64,000 nucleotides of DNA from Eledone cirrhosa (lineage: Eukaryota), in NCBI GenBank assembly GCA_964016885.1, contig OZ024741.1, positions 321,284,001 through 321,348,000 of the forward strand, read 5' to 3'. Under the pieces are notes generated by a model. That model was not told the DNA's origin, made no database searches, and was given only the letters and a program-made list of their open reading frames with translations. Position numbers and translations under genes: made by a program. Position 1 is the first letter of the stretch; each line of letters opens with the position of its first letter. Below, piece after piece: positions 42,900 through 58,084 of this stretch.

Positions 42900-44800
42900 C
42901 TAACGTCTTTGGAAAGGAAAACTAAATGAGGAGAAAATGAATGGAAGAGTAGGTTTTGCTGAGTGGACAGAGGTCACAAAGCGGCTGGAGCAACAACAAG
43001 GTGTTGAACGGATTATGCATCTGAGAGTTCCTCTTTCATGGGGACGTGCCATGACTGTCATTTTAGTGTATGCTTCTACACTAGATAGTAGCCAGGAATC
43101 ATAGCTTTTTATCAAGGTTTACGAAGGTGTGTAACATCGATTCCACACTCGGATGAGATCTTGCTTCTTGAAGATTTCAATGAATGACCACAACCTGAAT
43201 GTTTTAGGACGTCACGGCATGGGTAAGATAAATACCAATGACTTTCTCCTTTTGCAATTATGCATTGAGCTTGAACTGGTCATGTGCGATACTTTTTTCA
43301 ACAACAGAAGATCCATAAGAGAACATTGATACATCCAAGATCCAAACATAGACACATTTTGGATTATATCATCTCCAGAAAGTGAGAACTTCAAGATATC
43401 TGCTCTGTAAAAGTAATGCATGGTGCAGAATGTTGGACATACCACAAACATGTATGTGGCAAGACGAAATTGCAGATAAGAGGGAAACTGGGGGCAGCGG
43501 GGATGCAAGTGCAAAAACTGGGTAGATGCAATTTTACTTTCGATTTACAAGGGTAAAGGATCCAAGTCAGAATATGGGGTTTATCGTGGTATAAGTCTAC
43601 TCTAATCGGTAGGGAAGGTCTTTTCCATGGTCTTGCTGAATCATCTAATAAAATGGATCGGTCCTGGTGCCATCCCTTGGATTCAGAGCTGGGTGGGTAC
43701 TATGAACATGATTTTCTCAGCTCACCTACATATGGCAAATGTGTTGAACAGCGAGTGCCACTGAACCAAGTATTTGTGGACCTTATTAAAACTTTCTTTT
43801 CTGTTAACGCAGTGCACTGTGGGTAATATTGTGGAAATTTGGATGCCTTCAGGAATTTGTTAGAATATTAAAATAAACTCCATCAAAATATGAAAGTAAA
43901 GTCTGGTCAGAAGCGAGTCTGGTCAGATCAGGGCATCACGATAGACACAAAGCTATTTGTGTATGAGGCCTGTATCCTTACAGCCCTGCTTTACGAATGC
44001 GAAACGTAGACAACTCACAGGCATCATATCAAGCAGCTGGAAAGGTTTCATCAGCATTGTACCCGACACATCCTGAACATTAAGTGGTCGTCTTACACAC
44101 CTGATGCTGCTGTGCTCGAGAAAGCGGATAGCACCAGTGTTAAGAAAAGGATTATTATGAACCAGATGCATTGAGCTTGTCATGTGATCAGGATGAAAGA
44201 TTGTAAGCTGCCTAAACAGATATTTTATGGGGGTGCTGACCAGAGGGAAAAGTCCACAGCTTAAACCAAAGAAATGGTTTAGGGATATCATAAAAGACAA
44301 TCTTAAAGCTCTGAAGATTGATATGAAGAACTTAGGGGCATTGGCTGAAGACCACTTACATCGCGGTGAATGATCATCAAGTATAAAGCATGCTCCCTTG
44401 AAGCGTTCACTGCGTAAGCGGAATTCAAGTGCAGTACCTGCAAAATATTCAGCAGGAATTGAGATGCAATGTATGTGGACAAATTCTTCTAACAAGAACT
44501 GTTTTTGTCAACCATTTAAAGTCACACGAACCAGGGAGAAATCGAGTCACTTGTGAAATGATTCTACCACCACGCCCTTCGTGGTACATTTGCAATGAGT
44601 GTGGCTTAATTTACAACTCAGCTAGTAGACTGTTCAAACATGGTAGAATGCATGAAGACACACCCCAGCCGGTAATGCCAGGAGACAGACAATTCAAATG
44701 CCACCTCTGTGAACGTGCTTGGAAATCAAAAACTCGTCTTAAAAGTCACCTGCATGCACATGTTCGTGCAATGTTCAATGAAGGAATGGCACTCTACTGA
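42900..44800 (+). mobile_element. Decayed, internally deleted RTE-clade LINE ending in three C2H2 zinc fingers
   Basis: APE motifs (GVGFA, VYAST, DFN, DYII) and RT fragments (YRGISLL, QLERFHQHC). ORF 44429-44800 has three CxxC-x12-HxxxH units. Confidence 0.88.
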
Positions 44801-44982
44801 CAATCAACATGTATATATGTGTGTGCGCGTATGTGTGTGTGCCCGTGTGTGTGTGTGTGTGCGTGTGTGTGTATACATGTGTGTATGAGTACACATATAT
44901 ATATTTATATGGGTTTGTATGTATGCATTTATATATATATACATATATATATATGTGTGTGTGTGCATGTATATATATATAT

Positions 44983-45083
44983 ACACGGCGTCCCAAACTA
45001 TTGTGTAAACACTTTGATTACCTGTACAGGCAATATTTATTAGAATGCTGTTGAACTGTGTATACAATTTTTGGGACATCCTG
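44983..45083. mobile_element. Tc1/mariner-type MITE of about 100 bp
   Basis: TA|CACGGCGTCCCAAA...TTTGGGACATCCTG|TA. Confidence 0.65.
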
Positions 45084-45353
45084 TATATATATAATTTGTG
45101 CAGTGTGAGATATATTTAGAAAGACCTAACCTTACCGATGATTAAAATTCTGGTCTTAAGATGCTTATTACCAAACTTGATAATTGCTAATTGATACTGG
45201 TTACTAAAATGTATGGTTTGCGTAATTTTCTTTGGTTTTATGAAACATATCTATATATGGGACTTAGGCTTATCACCATCTCGAAATAAGTATATTTACT
45301 TACATATTATTTGGTGTATGTGCAAAATATTAATAGTTTCTTAATTTATATAT

Positions 45354-45489
<136 letters not shown>

Positions 45490-45523
45490 AAGAACACAAG
45501 AGCGTCTACAACATCAAAAGATT

Positions 45524-45584
45524 TTTATTGGCTAACAATGTTTCTTCCTTACGTGTAACCGTAGGATTCATCAGAGCTATAAAA
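45524..45584 (-). ncRNA. Hammerhead ribozyme motif in a short island within (TA)n
   Basis: The - strand reads gct-CTGATGA-atcctacg gttaca cgtaaggaa-GAAAC-att-GTT|agc. Confidence 0.65.
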
Positions 45585-45625
45585 GGGGTTTGATTGGTGT
45601 TATGGACTCTACCAACCAAACACCC

Positions 45626-45658
<33 letters not shown>

Positions 45659-45662
<4 letters not shown>

Positions 45663-45868
45663 GCTGAGTGGTTAGAGAATTGGATTCGCAATCGCAAGGT
45701 TGTGAGTTCGATTCCTGGACCAGGCGATGCGTTATGTCCTTGAACAAGACACTTTATTTCACGTTGCTCCTTCTACCTGGAGTTGCGACCGATAGATAGT
45801 ATTAGCAATTGGAAAGACGAACGAAACATTGTTCCCTCAGTCCGATTTGACGAAGGTTGATCGTTCCT
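45659..45868 (+). mobile_element. tRNA(Arg)-like SINE
   Basis: A box tggctgagtgg, TCG anticodon-like loop, B box gagttcgattcc, body tgtccttgaacaagacactttatttcacgttgctcc. Confidence 0.85.
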
Positions 45869-46248
45869 TTATATATATAACTTGTATAATTGATGCTCTG
45901 AATTAATGTCCATGGACCTTTTTTGATGAGAAACATAATCGATATATATTTAATATGTATCCATTAAACCTAAATATACACTATTACTAAATATATAAAT
46001 ATATATATATATATAGAGAGAGGGGGGGGGGGGGGGGGGGGATTTACAAAATTATTATTTAAAACATGACAATCCAGAAGAGTGGGAATAACATGATTCT
46101 TGTTACATAATCAAATTAATTTATTACTCCAACGGAAACTGAATAACGCTTTAATTCTCTCTCTCTCTCTCTCTCTACATATATATATGTATATATATAT
46201 TTACATCTATATCTATATCTATATCTATCTAGCTATATATATAAATAA

Positions 46249-46279
<31 letters not shown>

Positions 46280-46328
46280 TTTATTTATATATATAGCTAG
46301 ATAGATATAGATATAGATATAGATGTAA

Positions 46329-46362
<34 letters not shown>

Positions 46363-46520
46363 ATGTGTGTGTGTATGCAAACACACGTACATCTGTCTAT
46401 GCGTTATAGTTGGCTTAGTGATGATCAATATATTGGTCTGAAGGGGTTCACGATAATGTTGGTTATTAATTGATTCTTAATGAAAAAGTCCATCACATAG
46501 ACACACACACACACACACAT

Positions 46521-46570
<50 letters not shown>

Positions 46571-46572
<2 letters not shown>

Positions 46573-46668
46573 CGAAGGAAAAGTGGGAAGGAACCAGGTG
46601 GACCATAACGCACCAAAGTACTCAATACTTAGGGTAGTAGAGTGGGTAATAGGGGTCCTACTCGTTCC
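46571..46668. mobile_element. Minimal family A PLE footprint: tail (-) joined to post-cleavage segment (+)
   Basis: Reverse complement of the family A tail fused to ggggtcctactcgttcc. Confidence 0.8.
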
Positions 46669-46774
46669 TATATGTATTTGTGTGTGTTGATTCTTAATTG
46701 ATTCTTAATGATATAGTCACTACCCCTCCTTACACGAGTGTCCAAAGTCAGCCAAACTGCTAACCCACTTTCAG

Positions 46775-47325
46775 AATATAACCCAGGCTCTGCTGCACTT
46801 CGGGCCGAGAAGGGTAAACTCTCCAAATATCAGTCGCACTCTCACACAGGTTTGTAGTCGAGCCAGTTGCAGTGGAGACTTCTGGTGTACTTGGCCCCAG
46901 GAACACCTCCCTACTCACTACTATCGGCACGAAATTGGCTTCCAACGCGTCTCCCTCACCATCATGCGAGGAAAGGCCTTCTCTATTCTGTCCGTCGGGG
47001 CCGCGGGGCGGTCGTCGCGTGTGCCCCCATTTGCTCATAATAATTTTTTCTACTTTTGGAACAAGGCCAGCAATTACCCCAGTGCATTACTGGTACTTTA
47101 TTTATCGACCTCGTAAGGATGAAAGGCAAAGTTTACCTCGATGAGATTTGAACTCGGACCGTAAAGGGTCGTAACTCTATGCTGCAAAGCATGGTGTCTG
47201 ACTCTTTACCGGTACTGCCAATCCACGGGGCGAACGGGAGAGAAGGAGGTAATAAACAGCGGGAGTTTGGTTCCATTGTATTCGGACCTGATGTATATGT
47301 ATATATTTATTTACCACACCACATT
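46775..47325 (+). mobile_element. CRE-clade RLE fragment plus 3' UTR, interrupted by a Meta-SINE (47040-47228, -)
   Basis: PGSAALRA..KLSKYQ...PVAVETSGVLGPR. The 3' UTR at 47230-47325 matches 58760-58857. Confidence 0.8.
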
Positions 47326-47389
47326 AATACTTATTGCTGTAATGCATTAACCTGCTCCTGGAGAACATATTAACGCACCTCAGATACTG

Positions 47390-48200
47390 ATTAAGGGTAC
47401 AGTGCTTAAGGTTGTGACTTCTTTTGAATACCTGGGTAGCCTAGTATATGTTGATGAAAACTTAGACATGCATTCAAAGGGCAACGAAAGCCTTTGGCAG
47501 CCTAAAATCTGGTCACAGTGCCATATCAAAGCTGACACTAGTTCATAGTATGTGTGTCATTTGTTCTTTCTCACTGCTATATTCTTCTGAAACTTGGACA
47601 ATATACACACGTCATGTAAAAATGTTGGAAATATTTCAGCAGAAATGCCACCAACACGGACTCAGATGAAGCCGGTCCTCACTCTTTCCTGACACTGGAA
47701 GCCATTCTTATTTGGACCCAACTATGATGGATTGGTTATCTCATTGTTATGGATGATGAGCACATTCCCAAGCAATTGTTTTATGGGGTGGTGGGTTTAT
47801 GCTGTGAAAAAGAATAAATAGTAAACTAAAAAAAGATAGAAAAATTCTTTAAAATCAAATTTAAGACGTCTTAAATTATGTTACAAAAGTTTTGATTCAT
47901 TAGCGGCAAATATGGAGGCCTAGTGAGCTACGATTTGGAGGAATGTAAAAATAGTTTGAGCTTGACATTTAAGCATGCAGAAATGAAAAGAAAAGTTCGT
48001 AAATTGAAATTAATAGCAATAGCGCTAGGAGAGATTCTCATTATTTCCTTAAATGTTCGTTATGCACAAACATATACATGTCTTATGCTGATCTGAGATT
48101 GCACCAGCGCACCCATATGGGTAAGGCACACGTGGATTGCATTCTTGATGATCAATTTTAATGTTATTAGGTGGAAGATCAGCCATCAGATGAAGGATCA
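47390..48200 (+). mobile_element. Highly decayed RTE LINE 3' fragment
   Basis: LKVVTSFEYLGS, LLYSSETWT, IPKQLFYG. Confidence 0.75.
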
Positions 48201-50699
48201 AAGAGTGGTGTTTTAGTTGTAATGTATATAGTGACATATTTAGTGGCGATATATTGAGGCTACTAACAGAATGTAAATTATCATGTCTCTATTGCAGGGT
48301 AATTTCGAAGCTGTTCAAAGAAATGTAAAAGACGTTGTGTAGACGACGCCTGCATAAAGAAAAATAAAAAAAATGTGAAGGGTATATCATCTTTCTGTGA
48401 CAGTGTTTATTAGAGACTACACTGTGCGACATCAGAAGCAAGTTTCTTCTGCCATAATCTTGGGTCTACTAAAGCTTGGTAAGTAAATTCGATAGACGTG
48501 AGCTATGAAACATGTCGAAGGGACCGTTCCTGTTCTTGCGTAGTAGATTTAATCCATCACCCGATTTATCACCCCAACCTGGTTCTAATTGTTGTGTGTC
48601 TTTAGCAGAGTTTACTCTATTGCAAACAAGTTTCTGGTCTAAGAATAACTTCCTTCCTTCTCACCCTCCTTCCATCAGTCTCAAGACGTCGCTCTGTTTT
48701 CTCTAGCTAAACAATAAAAAACAGCCATTTTGAAATTAAAAGAGTAATGTTCAGAATGCATCATTTCAAGCAAGCAGTAGGAAGTATTTCAAAGTAGATG
48801 AAAGCAAATTAGGCGACTCATTTCTTGTAGCATTTTTATGGCTTGATTATTTAAACAATGTTTAGTAATGAAGCTGAACATGAAATTATCCAGTCCGAAG
48901 AAAAATAATGGAAATCACTTCCCACATCTACGAAGATATTTCTATTGAAGTAAAGGAAATCGAATGTTGTTTTGTAAATTTCAATGATATAACCGATATA
49001 ATAGCACAGTCACATGTTAGCACTCATATGTGTCATTCAAGTGGTGGTTGTAGTAGTGGTGGTGTTTGGAGTTGTTGTTTAGCCCAAAGTCAGCCTTGGA
49101 GGAGACTCTAATTTCTCGACCTGCTTGCCAAAACTAACCGTTAAACCTATTCTTAAATGAGACACGACCGCCTTTACAAAACAAAATGGAGAAAAGACAC
49201 GTTGATAAAATGTAGTCCTTAATGCGTACTGTGTGTGATTTGCACAGATTTACTGACGTTTGATCATATTTCTATTTCATTAGTGCTGCCCTGGGCCTAA
49301 ATAATAGCATATATGATACTTTAGCTGAGTTTTCAAATTGACGTCATACGTTGTAGTGGTTTTCCACAGTTTCTACTGGATCTCATTAATGGGTATTGTC
49401 GATTAGAGATGGGCCTTGATTTATTTTTATATTCTCTTAATATCTTACTTATTTCAGATCGCATCGACCACGGTACTTAATTTGTTCAACTTTAGTATTT
49501 TATCAATTTCCTATTATCAAACCGATAAGTTGAGAGACAAATAAACAGTAAACGTAAACACAGACACAGAAACACAGAGAGAAAGAGTTTCCGTCTAACA
49601 AATTCCACTTAATGCACTGGTTATCTCGTGCCTATAGAAGACAAGTGTGTGTGGGGGGGGGGGGGGGGGGGTGAAGTGTTAGACTTTTTCATGCCACATT
49701 TCTTGGTTTCAACTTTCCCCTCCCTGTGGTTATACAGAGAATGTGTTACTGTAAAGCTACAGAAAAAAAGAGCCGAAATCTATAGTGAAAGATCGAGATA
49801 TATTAATACTTAAGTTTTGTGACATTAATATCTACTTAAGATATGGTACTTCAAACAGTTTTGAAAAATTATAGATTTTTATCACGAATATTGATTTTAT
49901 TTGTTTATGTAGTTTTTTCATTAAGAATAAAAGTGACTAGCGAGTTGGGAAAACGTCAGCAAACAGTTATGAATAGTTTGGTGGTGAATATTGTTGTGCC
50001 AACCAAGCTACATGCTAGAAATGTATACATAAATTTTAATATAAAAGTATTTTGACCGCATATTTACGTAATAAAAAGACGGCTTTTATTATTTTCGATA
50101 TTTTCAACATTAGAAATAACCATGCGTCGATTCGGAAAATAAATATGGGATTTAGCTTAATGGGAATTATGCTCCCAGGGGCAGACAAGCGCGTTTTTAT
50201 TTTGTTTTTTTTTTCAGAAACATCAGCAGTTGTCAATGCTTGCAAGTTCCTTTATTTATCCACCAGGGCTGTTCTACAGAATGATAAAAGGACTGACGCA
50301 ACATGGCTCCAGTGTTGACACAAGCGTTGCCATCAAAGCGCAAAATATCGAAACAGATACCACAAGACTCTCTTTGTTCGACGCTCCAACAATTCCACCA
50401 ACACATTGTCCTAGGGTACTAATTTATGTATCGACACCTAGAATGGTGGAAAGTATATTTGACTACGGTGGAATTTGAACTTGGAGAGAAAAATAGCTGG
50501 AACAGGTTCCTTGGGTAGCCTATTGATATTAAGTCTGGATGAAAGGAAAGAAGTTTCGTCGTCCAGATATGTTACCATCTCTAACCCAACACAGACTACA
50601 AACATTTTTTTAAAAGTAACAAACAAACGTTGGAGTGTCTACGTGATTTGCAAGAAATAACTGCCAAATTTCCGTCTTAAAGAACACATTAGATAATTA

Positions 50700-51430
<731 letters not shown>

Positions 51431-52946
51431 TCTATCTAAAAAGAGAAAGACTAAGAGAAAGAGAAAGAGATCGCTAAATCGCCTAATGCGGTCCCTAGGG
51501 CATTGAAACACCTCTTAAAACGCCTGCATGTCTGACAATATACACTGTCAAATGACTGTGACTTCACTACCACACCATTTATGGTTATGCTATAATTCGA
51601 AAGCTAGTTTTACTCATTTCAATAATGTAGACCTAAAAGCATGTCTGAAAAAGAAAACAAGTACATGGGATGATCACAATTCAAATACCTTTGATCATAG
51701 GTGCGCACCATCGGAGCTGGCCTGGTAGCTAAATAACGACTACAATATATAAAATAGATCTTATGGCTTTATGATGGAGAATTTGGAGACCCTGGCGGAA
51801 ATATTCTATATCATTTTCCATTATTAACTGCAAAAGATTTCAATTATATCAGAATCCAATTCATTCCGGTTTCATCTGATATGTATTTGACAGAAAATGC
51901 TAGATGTTATTTCAATTGTTTGAAAAGAAAACACGCTCAAATAATTTCTTGACACATTCTAGTTTTCTATTAAAAGCAGGTTTTCTCAAATATCTGCTTG
52001 TAGATCAGTTTTCCACTACTATGGGCGTGTGTTTAAATTTTCAATACACAGAAACATCAAAGACAAAAACAAGTAAAGTATTCTCTCTATTTGATAGGAA
52101 ATGAGAGTCTGCGTCCCTTGAAAACATCCACGAAATACTTAGAAATATCAAGGTCGTCTGTCGTTTCCAAGTTAAAATTTCAGGCAAAATTAAAATGCTT
52201 CTTTTGTTTCACTTAATTGCATGGTTAGAAGTGATAGCTTCTTTATATAGTATGTCCACAAATTAATGACTTTCGTATTTTATTTTGTTTGTATGTAATT
52301 TACTTTATTTTGTTTTTTGTGAATGGTTTAATTTTTTGGCTGCCAAATCAAACAAATGTGCTGCAGGGTTACCGCATTCAAAATATGGTCGTTCAGTTGA
52401 CTGCCAAAGACTGACCAACACGCTAATGACAATAGTTCAAAGATAGGCTAAATCTCTGTTTCTCTCTGTCTCACACTCTCTATCTATCTTTGACTCGTTA
52501 CGTCTCTTTATTTTTCTGCTACTATTATAACGGTCACTACTAAGTAAGTAGGTAAGTAAGTAGGTAGATAAATTGATAGATTGATTGATTGATTGATTGA
52601 GATGGATATATAAGTTGGTTGGTAGATAGGTAGGTACGTACGTACGTATGTAACAAATAGATTTAAAAAATGGAAAGAGAGATGGAAAGAAAGAGAGAAA
52701 GAAAGAAAGAAAGAAAAACAGACAAGCAAAATGAACAGGGAGACAACTGACAGCTTAGTTGTACATATATAGACTTTGTGTTGTAGACGATATCAACGAT
52801 GTAGATGATGATAATTATGATGTTGATGCTGAAGAGTTGTATTGATAGATATCCCAAGGGTCAAGTAACCATCAATTTGTATGTGTTTACATGTATGTGT
52901 GTGCATGTGTGCGTTTTCACGCACACATATGCACACATGTGTTTAC

Positions 52947-53068
<122 letters not shown>

Positions 53069-53744
53069 GAGGGGGAGAGGGGAGAGAGAGAGTCGAAAAC
53101 ATTCAAAGAGAGTTAGTTGCAACAATTTTTATTCAGTGAAGTTCCAAGACATTTTAGAATAGATACAGTTTCGGAAGGAATGCAGTGTATGTATGAGATT
53201 GAAATGCCTCCGAAACGTTCAAGAATACTATGTGAAAACCAAGGTAAAAGGCACAGCAATCTGGAGAAAAAGCAAAAAGCTCGACAGACCATTGAAGTTC
53301 CTAACAAGATTCAGACTGACGTAACACGCGCTCATGTATTATGAGTGAAGAGGCAATACAATTTGGATTGTAACAGAGAGGAGCTGCAGCGAGTGTGGTG
53401 GTGAGAGAGAGCGAGGCGGTGAGAGAAAGAGAGAGAGTGAGAGAGAGAGGGGGAGACAGAGAGAGTGGAGAGAGCGATAGACAGAGTGGTGAGAGAGAAA
53501 GGGAGAACAAAAATTGCGACAAATTTGGTGATATTGTAATTAAGCATGCTATTCTACGTCACCAGTTTTAAAACGTTCAGGTTTAAAATCAATGCGTGAG
53601 CAACTTTATCAGGACACCAGTGTCCTAGCGTCCGAAACGTTAAGACCCCTGCTATTTCAAGCGTTTAATCTAATATATTCTTTCCATATACTGCACCGAT
53701 TGTGTTGTTATTTCTGTTTACATTTTACATATATATATATATAA

Positions 53745-54232
53745 TAAAATGTTTTCCTACGTGCAAAAAAATGCATATAGAGATACATGTATTATCCAAC
53801 CGTATGCCAATGTGGTTCTATGGCAGGTTAATAAATTAACGAGCCAGAACATATATAATCAAGGTTTAGCAAATAGAGAAAAAGTTTTAAAATAAATTTT
53901 AAAAAGTTTACTGTACCTACTATATTTACTCTTACATTGACCTTTCCGCCCTTGCCTTCTATCTTTACACACGGCACTAGACAAGATTGTTTCTTTATCA
54001 TACACTCTCATCCAGGAACAGTTCTGTATGGCGCCAGTTCGTGATTTGAACTCGGGAATTTTATATTCTCTGAGCGAGAAGAACCCTCTGACGAGAGTCT
54101 CCTTCTCAATGGTGTTCCGCATGGATTATCCTTTATTTTGAGACTTGAAACCGCGCGGTAAGGGTAAATATAGTAGGTACAGTAAACTTTTTAAAATTTA
54201 TTTTTAAACTTTTTCTCTATTTGCTAAACCTT
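53745..54232. mobile_element. PLE fold-back footprint (family F)
   Basis: 53861-53935 is the reverse complement of 54158-54232. The left arm extends into a tail. (TA)n flanks. Confidence 0.8.
54083..54165 (+). ncRNA. Canonical type-I hammerhead ribozyme with a large stem-II loop
   Basis: accct-CTGACGA-gagtctc...(38 nt)...gagactt-GAAAC-cgcgcg-GTA|agggt. Stem III is the palindrome ACCGCGCGGT. Cleavage after 54160. Confidence 0.88.
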
Positions 54233-54246
54233 ATATATATATAAAC

Positions 54247-54342
<96 letters not shown>

Positions 54343-54350
54343 AAAAAGTC

Positions 54351-54823
<473 letters not shown>

Positions 54824-54949
54824 TTCTCTTTATATATATAGTAAACGGAAAAACACAAAAGACGAAGTGCAATGAAGATATATAGCTAATATATAAAGTG
54901 AAGTTGGGCGTTGTTTGTTTGGTGTCTCGAACTTGTAGGCTACACCGTT

Positions 54950-55335
54950 CATCCGATTTTCATGAAACTTCAAACATATATAAAACTCGACCCGTAGATT
55001 GGAATAGGCTACTTGAAATTTTCGAAAAATTGATAATCGGGCCCCCAGAAGCCAAACATCGATATTTTCAAAAATCATCCGATTTCGATGAAACTCGACG
55101 CAAGTGTGTATTTTGATCCGGTGATGAACGTGGGCTACATTAAAATTTCGATAATTGGATCACCAGAGGCAAAAATCGATATTTACGAAATTTGTCCGAT
55201 TCCAATGAAATTTGACGTAGGTATGTATTTTGATGCGGAGATCAACGTGGGGTACTCGAAATCGATAATCGGACCCCCAGAGGCAAAAATCGATACTTTC
55301 AGAATTCGTCCGATTTCAATGAAATTTGATATTAC
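54950..55335. repeat. About 115-120-bp tandem repeat, three copies
   Basis: gataatcgg.ccccaga.gc.aaa.atcgata...tccgattt.gatgaaa.tt recurs. Confidence 0.85.
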
Positions 55336-55819
55336 CACAATAATAGATCCATTAGGAGTTGCTGCAAAAATTCAGAAAGTTTTTTTAAACTCATAAATCA
55401 TGCGTTAAATGAGACCTTTAAGAGTTAGGGCAGACAATTATTCATAGTTTAATTATCAATGGCGCAATATCTTCTACCCTGGGGCCAATTCTCCATGCAG
55501 AGCCTTAAAGCATCCCTTCGCACACGCCGTTATCTATCAGCTTCATTGAGCATTACCATCCGGCAACCGAAAAAACGCCATTCTTCTTGCTTCCATTTGT
55601 CGCGACTCCCGCGATGCAAAAAACATTCAATCTATCAGTAAGTTTCTTTAAATTAACGCTCACCATATTCAGCAAACCTTTTATGCCGATTCTTTCATTT
55701 TTTATATAAGGACTATCAAGACTATACCGCCGCGCATCATCCTGTATTGCACCCAGTCTTCTCAAGCGATCATCGAGCCTCCATGCGCTCTCTTCATTCC
55801 CGTGGTCCCACTACCGTAG

Positions 55820-56775
55820 CATAATGAGGCATCCGTCAACCCCTGCCCTCTCCTTTCCCTGCACGCCGTCGACCCACTGCATCGTTGTGCATCACCATGC
55901 GCATCTCTGCCCTGTGAGCCGCAATTCATTCCCCGGCCCTTTCCATTGCCTGCCCTCCGTGGTCCCTAAGGACTGCCACGGCTCAACATGCCGAATCCCT
56001 GCCACCGTCCACCCCTGCCCATTTCCATTGCCTACACTCCGTCTGAGCTCAAGACTTCCATGCCTGACCAAGCCGCATCTCTGCACCGTCAACCCCTGCC
56101 CTCTACCTTCCCTGCACGCCGTCGTCCCACTGCATCGTCATGCCTCACCATGTCGCATTACTCAGCCCTCTTCTTTTGCCTGCCCGCCGTGCTCCTGCCT
56201 TGCACCCGGTTTTCTCAAACAATTATCGTGCCTCCCGGTGCTCTCTACATTCCCGAGGTGCAAACTCAATTGGCATGCCGCATCCACGCCCTGTCAGCCG
56301 CCATGCACCCTGCCCTTTCGTCATGCCTCATCATGTTGAATCCCTGCCCTGTCAGCCGCCATCCACTCCCGACCCTTTCCACTGCTAGGCATGGCAGTCT
56401 TGAGGGACCAAGTCGCATCACTGCCACCGTCAACCCTCTCCGTTCCCTGCACGCCGTCGTCCCACTGCATCTTCATGCATCAACATGCCGCATCAATACT
56501 CTGTCAGCTGCCATCCCCTCCTCTGCCCTTTCTTTTACCTGCCCACAGTGCTCCTTCAAGACTGCCATGGCTCACCCTGCGGCATCCTTGCCACCGTCCA
56601 CCCTGTCCTCTTCCTTACCTGCTGGCCGTCGTCCCACTGCATCGTCATGCCTCAGGATGCCGCATCCATGCACCGTCAGCCACCATCCCCTCCTCGGCCC
56701 TTTCTTTTGCCTGACCGCCGTGCTCCTTCAAGACTCCCATGGCTATCTATGCTGCATCAATTCCTTGTCACCCGC
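55820..56775. repeat. GC- and pyrimidine-rich degenerate tandem repeat
   Basis: Recurrent ccctgcacgccgtcgtcccactgcatcgtcatgc and ccaccgtc.accc motifs. Confidence 0.8.
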
Positions 56776-58084
56776 TTAAACGTCATCAGCATGGCTTATT
56801 GTTGCCCCATTTGACCACCGATTTTCGCAGGCTAAATACAATACTAACGTGCACGATAGTCCATGGTAAATCTTTTTAATTACATGTTCATCATGCTAAG
56901 CAAAGGATGAATAGCAACTCTTCATTTCTCCTGACATGCCTTTCTGTCAATTATGGCCGAGAAGCATCCTGTGTAGCATCGCGTCTTCTCAAGCGATCAG
57001 CGTGCCTTCCACTGTCTATTCCCTGCGGACGCCCCTAAACATCATCAGCATGGCTTATTTTTCTGCCGCGTTTAACCGGCCCTCATTCTAGGCATAAACA
57101 ACAAAACCGCACGATGATGCTGCGTAAGTCTATTTAAATTAATGGTCAAACATGTTCAGCAAAACATTGTACCAATTCTTCCTCTTCACCTCCAAGGCCT
57201 ATCCATTACATCTTAGAGGTCGGGATTCGCAATTTCTACGATTTCAATATTGACACAACAGTCCGTCAGGCTTTTCGGCACATGTTGCTCCGATAGGAAT
57301 ATCAACGTGATTTTCACTTAATTCGTAAGTGGTTCGGTCTTCCGTATGCTTTTATTTTTTATTGATACAACACCGACTACAATCATCTAACTTCACTTTG
57401 TAGGCTAGACGCGAATCACAAGGAAAACAATCCTCTGATATACAACCCCACCAAATTTTTTGGTCTACCTAGATTTCAATGGCTATATATCCTTTGCTTT
57501 TGTACGGTTGTACATTTGACAATGTCGCAAAACATTATTCCACTTGATTCCTACCTTTCAGCTATGAATTGGTCAGTGCCTTAAAATCCCGGTTTATTTG
57601 CGTGCAATTTTGGGGTTTCTTATGAATGGAGAATCGAAAACCCTTTTTCTCATAACCTGATACATGCGTTACACATGCTCCATGGATGTTTGTGGACTAT
57701 TGTTTCAAAATACCAATATCACAGATTGGAGCACAAAAAGAAACGTTTGTTCTTCATTTATTTTCGGTTAAAGCATTCTGCTGGAATTTAGCGCAGACCC
57801 GTTTAAATCCAGCGCCTTATAACCCCGAGTGAAAGACAAATGGAAACATTGTTTCCACGGTCCGATTTGACGAAAGTCGATTTAGTTCCACAACAAATTA
57901 ACAAACCATACTTGAAGACACGTTGAGGCTGTTGCAAAGGGCAATAACCCTAGACACAATTTTGTCCAACTTTTTTTCACCTATAGCAAATTTACCGGGC
58001 CAGGTTTTTAGCCTACTCAAATCTACTTCAGAGGTCACGCATTCATGTAAAAAATCAATAAAAAACTGATATATATAATAATAT

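Larger units (their letters stand above)
54886..58075 (+). mobile_element. About 3.2-kb Helitron-like insertion with internal tandem repeats and a GC-rich degenerate repeat
   Basis: The 5' end ctaatatataaag..gttgtttgtttg..ccgattttcatgaaactt resembles the other Helitron starts. It splits one arm of a fold-back (54841-54885 and 58085-58115). No canonical 3' CTAG hairpin seen. Confidence 0.55.

Noticed and set aside
45659-45730. tRNA-like sequence (also 60715-60782 and 17386-17470)
   Set aside because: SINE heads with no acceptor stem closure, followed by SINE bodies.
54950-55335. Regularly spaced repeats (also 17010-17280) considered as CRISPR-like
   Set aside because: Whole units repeat with no unique spacers, there are no cas genes, and the context is eukaryotic.
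55824-56814. 263-aa and 171-aa Pro/Ser/Cys-rich ORFs
   Set aside because: Overlapping open frames arising from a GC-rich tandem repeat, with no recognisable domain.
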